From assembly GCA_903813345.2 (NCBI GenBank), contig CAIIXF020000001.1, forward strand, positions 23,746,001 to 23,810,000: a stretch of DNA of 64,000 bases, in the 5' to 3' direction. Positions 1 through 10,400 of the stretch are shown here, piece after piece (the first letter of the stretch is position 1; each line of letters begins with the position of its first letter). The notes under the pieces are model-generated. The model was not told the DNA's origin. It made no database searches and saw only the letters and a list, made by a program, of their open reading frames with translations. This DNA is from Owenia fusiformis (taxonomy: Eukaryota). Made by a program: the position numbers and the translations under genes.

Positions 1-383
1 CAATGTCCCAGATAAGGTTAAACTCACAATCCTTTGTGTGTGATCTTGTGTACCAGTCCATACTTTTGACTTTGCTACTCAATATTGCATAAAATATCAC
101 AGTATTGTATTAAATTTTTATTATATTTGCACAACTAAACAGTAAATCCAAGGAGTCTTGATATTAAAGCCAAAAACATAATGCATACAATAAAATCTGT
201 GTCGTGGAACATCTTGGGTATATCATTCATAATAGTGTTTCACTTTTTTCATAGAGTTTCACTTATAAAGCTTCATTTTATATTAATCTAATCTATATGG
301 TAAGAGGATCTCACTAGTAGAAGTGTTCCACTTATTGAGGTTACCTACTTGCAGAGGTGTTCCCTTTTTACTGTAATTTTTAC

Positions 384-3300
384 CTTTGGCAGGTTTTGCA
401 GTTTTCTTTGGGGAGTCATGTCCCTGTAGTGCAGCTAGCTCAGCCTCTAATTCTGCATCATTGTCCAGATCCCCATATAACTCATTCTCCATTGCACTCA
501 AGTCAGGAGTCATCCCCATCTAGAAACAGTATACAAAAAATGTACAGTAGAACTTGAAGAAACCATAATTAAACCTGCACATCGCTCCAAAACGTAATAT
601 GTTGACATATACTTTTTTACATTTTCAAGCTCTAGTATAAAGTTGGTGTAAATAAAAATGTTTATTTCTGCGTAATATCAAAGCACAATGATTTAGTTAA
701 AATAATAAAAATGTTTGCGTGGGATTCAAACCTGGGCCGCCTGCGTACTCGGGGAGCACTCTACTGCTGAGCTACCAGTTAAGTACGAACAAGATGAGCA
801 ATTTAACGCTACTTATTTTAAGTGTTATAATTTGGAAGTGACGTCATGTTCTAAATTAAGAAACCTTCCAAATATCATATCGATGCTGACAAACGAAGCA
901 ATTCAAAGAACAATCTTTATAATGACACATTTATCTTGAGTATTTTAACACGAGATTTGCCCCATTTGTTCATGATTGTATAACCTTTCATTAAGCTCAA
1001 AATCATTAAGTTCATCCCCCCGGAACAACCCTAGAATGCGTTTCGGGGCAAACAGCAGCTTAAAAAAGTTGACAATCTTCAGGAGATAGCCTAAAGTGCA
1101 TGTTCATTCAGTTTAACATTGTTGTACATACATCATTGCGTATCACTTGTCAATGTCATCTCAGTTTTATATAATTTCGCATTCATGACACATAATAGAC
1201 ACTTTCAGTTTAAAACACTCTCATCTCATTCTCTGAAATCTGTCATCTTAATCTATACACCTATCATCTCTTCTACCCCATCAAATACTAAAATTGATGA
1301 CTTGATTTCCCATTACAAATCAAACTATAGAGTCTAGGCTAGGAGTTTTCTATGGGGAGGATTTCCCTTGTAGGTACAAAAAAGCTGATAAAGATGAAAG
1401 AAGTTTGTTCAGAAGTACATGTGGTCTGCCAAGTCTCTGATGAGTTGTACTATCAGAGTTGAAACAAATTTCAGATACACAAAAAAGGGGTAGGGAACAT
1501 GAACTAGCTCTGTTGAGTGTTCTTCAAAGCGAAGATAGATAAACTGGTTTACAGTGCTGCCATCTTTTTTACATAGCACCACACTCTATTTAGCTCCCAC
1601 CACACCCTACTGGCAAATCATGATTGTTACCACAGTTTAAACTTGACTGAATATACAATAATAGCATGTAAAAAGGATAAAATATAACATAAATATGATT
1701 TATCACAATTGAACGGTAATGCTGAAGATGTTTGCACCACACCCTAAATATTTCCTGGTGAGAGCCCTGGAACCTGTATCAACACCTGACATCTATTGGT
1801 TGCCAAACCTGAAATAATGAGCTTCTATTCTTCAAGGTCTACATAGCACAGGTGTCACGGGTCAGACATTTTTTGGGTTGGTTGGGTCAGAAAAAACTTT
1901 GTGGGTTGGGTAATTTCGGGTCGAGTCAGAAGAAAACAGAAAAATGAATTTGACTAATTATCGAACTCTCTACATTGTTTGCATGTAAATAAGAATGCAC
2001 TTTTTGTGTTAACTGACGCGTCATATAGTACAAGCAACTGAAGTGACTTGGGGAATACATGTAAACGACACAACATAAGCATGTCTATTATTGTTTCAGT
2101 CAGTGTTACTGCATATTATAAGGCTTTGATAAAGGAATAATGAAATAAACTTAGAATTAAATCGTCCCAAAAAAAACATAAATCATTTTCCAGGTGTAAT
2201 TTATACACACTGTAATGAGAGCACAAAGAGAATTTACAGTACGAACTGCCGAGGAAACAGCGGCTTATGCAACACAACAACAACAAAAAGTATACAAGAA
2301 ATAGGTCAGCTAGAAGTTCGATCATTTCCCGGGAATAAAAAGCATTTTACCTACATTTTAGATCATTTACGATGTTCCTGAGTGTTCTGACCCGACCCGA
2401 AATCGGTAAGTAGTTGTTCATTGGTTGGGCAGAGCCTTCTAGCCCCAGATGCGGGTCGGTGTGACACCTTTACTATAATATTTTTCACATGGTGTCCGAC
2501 GGTCGAAAAATCCATTTCTTTTCTCATTCGGCCGTATTCCTGAGTTTTTCAGCCATATATAATAAAGTTGGTCTTTGACTTATCTACACCTCCTTCCTTT
2601 CGTCAGAGAGCTGAGCAGAATCATGTCCAATTACAATTTCTTCTGATTAATCCTCTAAATTTCAAAATGGTGGATGATTCGAAAAAATATCATGACATGA
2701 CAAGTCATTATATTTTGTAAACTTGACCATCATACTTGAGATTGTTAATTACATTTATTACATTTTGTAAAATTACATATGTTTAGATTAGTTTGTAAAC
2801 TGGATTATCACATTTGAATCAGTTTATTTATAATTTTGAATATTTATCACCCCTTCAAAAATTAAACTATAGTTCATTCATGGAATTAATGGAATTCTGG
2901 AAGATTCTTGGAACTCTGACGTCACTTGAACAGAGGGAGCACAGATATTGGCCAGATCGTTTTGTAGTAGGATCATAGGCTCAAAGAATAATACAGAAGA
3001 TACGACACTAAATTGGAAAATTTCGAAAAAAAAGTGACCACCTTTCAAAACGTTCCTTATACAAAATGGTACCTGTTTCCCCGTGACAGATTTTGTACTT
3101 ATTTTATAGCTGAGATCTTCATCTTTCTATTTCTACTTGTTTGGTTCGAGTAAATAACCTATGGATGCAGTTATTTGACTTTCAATACGGCGAATATTTT
3201 TCACGAAATCCGGACTCTTGTGTGTCCAAATAGCATTGTAATGATGACGTCACATTTCTGGAACCACGGGAGCAACATTCAGATTTGGACAGACAAGAGT

Positions 3301-4130
3301 CCGGCGATAGAATATCACTGTTTTGGCCTCTTATCAACGCAGTATTGCTTGAATAACGGCCATTGGTGATAAAAAAGGTAAAGAATAACAAGACCCTTCG
3401 AATGAGGTATGATTTGTCTCATATTTTTCAGAAATGGCTCCAGAATCGTCATTTTAAAATTTGAAATTTTCTGAGGTGTCTCATCTTGAGGAAATATTAT
3501 TGAGCTACTGATTCTACTACAAAAGAATCTGGCCGGGATCTATGAGAGGGAGAGAAGAAACTTTTCTCAAGAAAATGGCCGAGTTTCTTACTGTATTTGG
3601 GTCAAATTTCGAGAATCTGCCTACTGACTAGGAGAATATGCACACATTTGACTTCAAAAAATAAGTCATGTAAATATGAGTAAGTAGACCAAATGATTCT
3701 ATTGAGAGATTTGAACTTTTTCTAAAAATTGATTTTTTGACTGTCGGACAGCATGTGAAAAATATTTTATATATTCTATTATTTTTCAGGTTGCTCAATA
3801 GATGTCAGGCAATTGATAGTTCCCGTGACTGTCTTTTCTCAAACAAGCCATGGGCTCTTATTGAAAGCCCATGAACACACACAGAAATGTGTATAAAATC
3901 TTTATAACCCAGTTATGGGATTGCCATGGTAAAACTTCCCGAATCCTCTTTCAGTCTTAGCCCTGGTCTTAGCCTAGGCCTCTGTGATTTGTGAAAAACA
4001 AAAATTCCACAGGAAATTCAATCAAAATTTGATGACAATATTTTAGGGGATGTAACACTCCACATACTTGCGCCATAAGCGATGCTCCCTTCCTCTTTGT
4101 GTCCCCCGAATCTCTCTTGTTGCCGAACAT
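384..4130 (-). CDS. CC2D1: Coiled-coil and C2 domain-containing protein 1 (CC2D1A/B, Lgd homologue), first two coding exons; gene continues beyond the left edge
   Basis: Exon 1 4130-4068 (MFGNKRDSGDTKRKGASLMAQ, donor GTATGT, phase 0) joins exon 2 519-384 (acceptor TTTCTAG; MGMTPDLSAMENELYGDLDNDAELEAELAALQG...; donor GTAAAA). The D-x-ELEAEL-x-AL-x-G N-terminal motif is characteristic of CC2D1/Lgd. Confidence 0.75.
717..777 (-). mobile_element. Degenerate tRNA-like segment (tRNA-derived SINE head or tRNA pseudogene)
   Basis: Minus strand reads GGTAGCTCAGCAGTAGAG (A-box-like) ... GGTTTGAATCCC (B-box-like); the anticodon arm and acceptor stem do not pair cleanly. Confidence 0.45.
2482..3762. mobile_element. 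Non-autonomous TIR element hosting the 605-bp MITE
   Basis: About 35-bp imperfect inverted repeats TTTTTCACATG(G/C)TGTCCGAC(G/A)GTC(G/A)AAAAATC at both ends; TSD not resolved. Confidence 0.5.
2940..3544. mobile_element. 605-bp MITE, copy 1 (hAT/P-class by 8-bp TSD)
   Basis: About 45-bp imperfect TIRs (CACAGATATTGGCCAGAT / CATAGATCCCGGCCAGAT); TSD AGAGGGAG at 2932-2939 and 3545-3552; near-identical to 22939-23543. Confidence 0.9.
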
Positions 4131-4357
4131 AATGATTAGTTAACCAAAAACTTTATGAACGTTGATTTCCCGTGAAGAATAGAGAAGGAAGCATTTTTTG
4201 TTTTGATATTTTTCAAATCTCGAATTACGAGATTACAAACGAGACTCGAGATGGAAGCAAAATTTTGCAGAAAATGCATTTTCTATGTTTATTGTAATAT
4301 TGTAGCGTAAATAGATAACAAGTTACTTAAATAATCGAACAGTTATAAGATTATATT
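4131..4357. promoter_or_regulatory. Putative bidirectional promoter/5' UTR region
   Basis: Only 227 bp separate the divergent ATGs of CC2D1 (4130, -) and REXO1 (4358, +). Confidence 0.55.
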
Positions 4358-4475
4358 ATGTTCAATACATCTGGGTATTTTCGAGGCGTAACATGTCCGT
4401 ATTATGCCAATGGGCTATGTGAAAGACCCTACTGCCATTTTCGACATGTCAAAGCTGACAACAATGAACAAAAAG
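4358..4475 (+). CDS. REXO1: REXO1 exon 1 (N-terminal Cys/His motif); absent from the ORF track
   Basis: [39 protein letters not shown], then donor GTAAGA. Confidence 0.88.
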
Positions 4476-7400
4476 GTAAGATTGAGGCCTATGTGTTGGT
4501 CTTGGTGTTATGTGTTACTGTACGTTAGTTTATCTGTTATAATTTAGATAGATAAATGCAGAGGGTAAATATCTTTTGGCCTTGTTTCTTATCTGACATA
4601 CATGTACAGTTATCCCGTGCCAGGACTACAATAGTCCTGGATTGAGCCCAATCTTTTGCCTGTACGATTACAATTTGGGAGAATTATCGACGCCCCTTAC
4701 ACTTAGATACCTATTTCAATAGATTCCTTGGTATAATAGCATTCTTTTCGTGTAGTTAAATCCACAATTGTCTGGGTTTATCGGCAGAATGAAATTTTCG
4801 TTTTTGATCGCAATATTTGCGTGTTATATTTAACTTATATCAACTGTCAAATTCCTCCATTTATTAGTACTTCCGGGCCAGTCGAATGGGGAATCCCCTT
4901 TTAAATCCAACCGCCATCAAGAAAAGTGATGGAATCTCTCGAGATCAAAAACGAAAATTTCTTCGTTCTGCCGATAAACCCAGACAGTTGTGGATTCAAC
5001 TACACGAAAAGAATGCTAAAATACCAAGGAATCTATTGAAGTAGGTATCTTAAGTGTAAGGGGCATAGATACATGTAATTCTCCCAAGTTGTAATCGCAC
5101 AGGCAAAAGATTGGGCTCAATCCAGGACTAAAGTCCTGGCACGGGATAAATGTACAGTATCTTGTAGTCCAACAACACTAGACCTAGCCTGGGGCCTTGT
5201 TTCTTATCTGACTTATCTTATGGCCCCGACTAGGTCTAACCTCCATCATCATTTTGGCATAAGCGCGTAATTTTTATCGTTCCGCTAGTTTCGACAAGCG
5301 GAACTAATTAAACCCTGTAATAAGATGGTATTGTGAAATAATGTGATCTAAGCAAGCATATATACTGTACCTTATGAATACAAATACATCATCCAATATC
5401 CCCCTGTGTCTTTGATGATGAATACATTCAAAAGTATTCGAGACCGCTTGCAATTCCGAGACACACTGAACGAAACACCGTTGATAATTACATTTAGAAC
5501 ATGTTTTAACCATGAACATGTAGATCTACGTTTCTTCTGTTTTCAGAGCATGCAGAGCAAGATGGCTCATCAAAGGAGCAGTCCCAGACATCTAGTAATT
5601 CTGGTTCCTCTCTTTCCATTCTCAACATGGTTGGGAATGCAATACAGCAGGTACAAAGAGAAATTGATGTCAATCAGACAAGACCCCCTCATATACAAGG
5701 GGCACCTGGCACCCCATTGGTTTACAAACCTACACTTATTTCACATGGAAGGAAGCAGGAACTTGCATCTACAAATTTCAGTAACCGCAATAGACTTCAA
5801 GCCAAACCATATCGTTATGTCCCAACTGCTATTCCAAAGAACAGGCCTCATTTAATATCTTATAAACCAACTCCAATCAAAGAATTAAAGAAACAGGATA
5901 CCAGTAATACTGACCTAGAATATGATCCTGCTTGTAATTACTCCACTAGTACAACTAAAAGTCCTCCTAAAAAGCCTCCAAATGAAACAAGTAAAAGCCC
6001 AATAAAAGGAGCTAATGTTAAGAGTCCAGGTAGAGCACTCCCATCTGATGCTATTGAGGCCAAGTTCAGTAGTGAAAGTGAGTCTGAGGTTGAGGCAAAG
6101 GATGAAGATAAAATAAAAGAGGAGAAAGATGATCACAAAACTGAGTCTGAGTCTGAAAAGAATAAGGATCACATTGAACAGCATGCAAATGCTAATAAAG
6201 AAGACTTGGTGTCTAATATCTCATCAGGAACAGAAAGTGTGGAAGCCAATGTAACAAAGAGAAATGAAACTGATCAAAAGTTAATGAAACCAGATGAAAA
6301 ATTAAAAGATAAAGACAATTTGGCAGATTCTGGCACCAAAAAAGAAACAGGGAAAGATATTCCCATTGAGGAATCTAAGGAAAAGCCAAAAGAAACAACT
6401 GGAAAACAGTCAAATGCTGAAGAAGAGGATAATGCGGATATAATTGAAGTTCCCATTGACACAAGCAAAGTGAAGAAAGAAAAGGAAGATGATGCATATG
6501 AAAGGACAGTTAAAACAAATGAAGCTCATCCAGCTGACACCAAAAACAAAGATGTCAAAGAACAAGACAATGTTGTTGACAAAATACAAAACATTAAACT
6601 AGAAAAAGACACGCCCCTTAGTACAAAAGCATATGAAGAGGCAGACACCACAAATAAAGACCAGTCTATTATGAAACCAGAAAAAGTGAAACAAGAACAA
6701 TCTGATCAACATAAAGATAATTTGGATGATCTACAAGCAGAGTCAAAAAAGATTAAAGAGGATAAAGCTCAGCGAGATTCAGATGACTCCTTGGTTCTCT
6801 CTGATAGTAGCAGTGATTCTAGTGTCGGGTCTGAATATAGCAATACCAGCAGCTCAAGTAGTTCAGAGTCTTACAGTAGCAGTAGCAGTGATTCAGAGTC
6901 AGATACAACAAGATCTTCAAAGCATAAAAAGACATCAAAAACAAAAAGGAAAAACAAAAAGCATAGAGACACAAGTCATTCAAGATCACGTGATAAAAAG
7001 TCATCTCACAGATCTAGACATAAGTCACGAAAAACAAAGAAAAAATCTCGTCATTCTTCAAGGTCAGCTTCTCGATCTAGAAGTAGGAGAAAATCATCAA
7101 CTAAACAGAAGAGGCACAGGTCATCTCGTTCAAGGTCAAGATCAAAAAGTAAAAAGAAGTCAGATGAAAAACATGGAAAACATAAATCAACATCTTCTAG
7201 GTCAGTGTCACATTCCAAGTCCAAGAGGAAATCAAATGATAAGCAACATAGGAAAGCTACCTCAAGGTCACCATCAATATCATCCTCAAGGTCAAGTTCA
7301 AGATCTAAAAAGGACAAGAAGGAAAAGTCTAAAAAGGATAGATCTCATGATAAATCTTCAAAACACAAACCTGAGTCTAAGACAAGCACAGATAAAAGAA

Positions 7401-10400
7401 GTTCCTCAGAGAAAAGATTGAAAGATAAAGATAAGGACAGACAGAAGAGGAGAGACTCAACAGGAAAAGAAAAAGAAACAAGACATCGAGATAAAAAGTC
7501 TAAGGAGTCTAGTAAGAATAAACATTCTAAATCAAAGAGCTTAGAATCAAGACACCACAAAACAGACAAAAAGGAACATTCCAAAAGTAAACATAAAGAT
7601 GCAAATGATGCACTCAAAGCTAGCATAAAAAGGAAACGCAGCACATCTCAAACATTAGTACAATTATTTGGTGAGGATACTGATAGTGATCTAGAAGTTA
7701 TATCAAGTGGTTCAAAAGCCAAGAAACCAAGCAGTTCAGTTGAAGAATCTAGCACTAAAAGATCATTAATTGTATGTTCCCCTGTCAAATCTAAGAGAAA
7801 GGATCCTGAAGTGATTGTAATTGATAATGATAATGACCATAAACAGTCAAACCATGGTGTTATAAAATCTTTGCCCCTGACCAAACGTAAGAACAGCACT
7901 GATACCAAAGTTGCTACTCCAAACAATAAACTGATAAAGGATCATATGGAAAATATTAGAAAAAGTATTGATGATAATGACAAGCCTGATGCTGAGAAAG
8001 ACAGAAATGTAACACCAGCTAAAATTTCAAAGAACAGGTTGACATCAATACGTAAAAGTATTGAAGATATTTTGGAACATGAACCAAAACCAGGACCAAG
8101 TAATGAAAATGATAACCCCAAAGATGACAAAACAGCCAAAGATCTGGAAAGTGACATTGACAATGATGTTGATGACCTCAGTTCAGATGATGAAAATGAC
8201 TTTGAGGAGGTTGAAGACATGGACCTTGAAGCAATGTTTGAAGAGGATGATCCTTTTGATGAATGTTTGAAGATATTTAATGAGAGCAAAGGTGTCGCTC
8301 CAGTCAATGACCAGGGTCCTGTAAGTATATATTATATGATCCACTGTTCCTTCTTTTGCCAATAGTCCAATAGTCAAAAGTCCAGTAGTAAAAATACATT
8401 TGTTCCATGGAAGTTTTCAAAAAAATATTGTGCGAACCAAAAATAGAGTTTGGTGAACACATTATAGCTTACATTATTGGCAATGTGAAATATGAACAGC
8501 ACTTGTATGTGTTGCTAAAAAAGAAAGTTGGAGGAAAGTGAGCAGTATAGTCAGCCCCAACGTTAGTATTTATCCCTGATTTGTTCACATTGGAAGTCAT
8601 ACAAGTACTCAATTGTCCTTTGTGGGCTCTAGGCTAGAAATCACGCTTTTTCTTCAGTTCTAAATATTTTTTATCTGTTTTCCAGCTGAAAAAGAAAAAA
8701 ACAGAAACGGAAGCAGCTTCCTCTAGCCTAGCAAAGAAGAGGAAGGCACATGATAAAGCTGCCAACATTCCAGTAAGTGAAAATATTGTACACGAATTAA
8801 GAAATATAGACCGAAGAGCAGGGGTAATATTGTCGAATACACCCTGCAGGGCTAGGCACAAACGTTTTCTGTACCCCAAACTACTGAAGGTAGTGAGGGG
8901 TTCGAAAGCTTTTGTGCCTAGCCCTAAGGGGTGTATTCGACAATATTACACCTGCTCTGAGGTTTATATTACGATTCGAACATAAAAACTCACCAAAATG
9001 TTTCGAATATTCATTATGGTCTGCCATTACTACGGCCCGCCGTTATGACGTCACACATTACACGTATTACCAGGGGTTTTGTTCGCGAATATACCCCGGC
9101 TGAAATGTTGACTTTGTTTACAGTTTATAGAAGGCGTGAATACAGTCATGTTCGAATGCTGGTTAGGCCTTGATGATATAATAGTTCCAAATGAATATTG
9201 TCACTATTACCCAGTTCTATACATGCCACCAGTTAGTACTGCACCACATGTAATATTAACAGTAGGATGGCCAATCATCAGAAAATCCTTTTTGCATCAG
9301 TTTGGCAGGGATATGAACCCCAAAATGTCACGACCCATGTTAACAACAAGCATGTCACTGTACCTTAATCGGCCTAATATGATGGTACTCACATACTCTG
9401 GTGAATAAGAGACATACATACATGCATGTATATAAATTACTGTTACACTAAGTTCTCTGTTTCATAATGTCTTCACTTTTCATGACGTTATAGTCTCCAA
9501 CTTTTTTATGGACGGTGTTCAGCATTTGGGGGTTTGCATCTGTAACAAATGACATGTGGTGACATTTTGTATGTTAATGCCTTGTTCTTTTAAGTTGTAT
9601 TTATTGATCTATTTTCAGGTAAAAAAGAGCAAGCCAAAGACATCAGTAAGAATGACTCCTGCCCAAGTAATGCATAACAGGTTCCAGGACCTGCAGAAGA
9701 AAATGACTAAAGTTGCTGCAGTAAATGATTCAAACACTCAGGTAATTTAAACTTAAGCCAGTTCTGCACCTTTACAAAAGATTGAAAAACTGGGAAAGTG
9801 TCTTTTCAATTCCATGTAATCAAAAATTAGATTTTGAGCTACTGTAAGTATTCTACTATAATATGTGAGTATCACATAAAATGTGAGAAATATTATCCAA
9901 TTTGTTAGTTATTATGAGTATACTCATATATGCAAATCGATATTTCTCATTTTCATTGTTTCTATTTCACAGGTGGCCTATTCTATGAGTAGTTCAACAT
10001 CTTCTGTACAGCGCACAGCTCACACCCCCAAAGCCAAGCCAGGCACAAGTCTACTCACAAATAAAAGAAGGGAGTCTCTTGTTAAGAAAACACAAGAACC
10101 GCTTCAAATAGGAACAATAGCAAAAAATGCCAAGCGAGTGGCTCATGTTCCAGCTGTGGTGAGTCGACTATATTGTATGTTACTATGTATATTACAGGCT
10201 GTAGTAGATTCCCCATAAATCTTAAGTGAAAATTAAAGGTTGGATCTGCCATAGGAAGGTGAAAACTATAAAAATGTTTTATGAATGTAAACCTTAAGGT
10301 TTCTTCTGTCCAAAATATAAAACTTCTGAGGATCACATATTATGCTCTCTCTCTCTCTCTGTCTCTTTATATTACAAAAATTAGTGAAGAGAAATCTTGC

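Noticed and set aside
717-777. Functional tRNA gene
   Set aside because: Only A/B-box-like motifs; no convincing cloverleaf or anticodon stem.
1851-2469. Possible hAT-like element with AGGTGTCAC/GTGACACCT ends and GGGTC subterminal motifs
   Set aside because: The TIR is short and no TSD could be verified, so it is not listed as a feature.
5915-8307. Several antisense and alternative-frame ORFs over REXO1 exon 2
   Set aside because: Shadow ORFs of a low-complexity, purine-rich coding exon.
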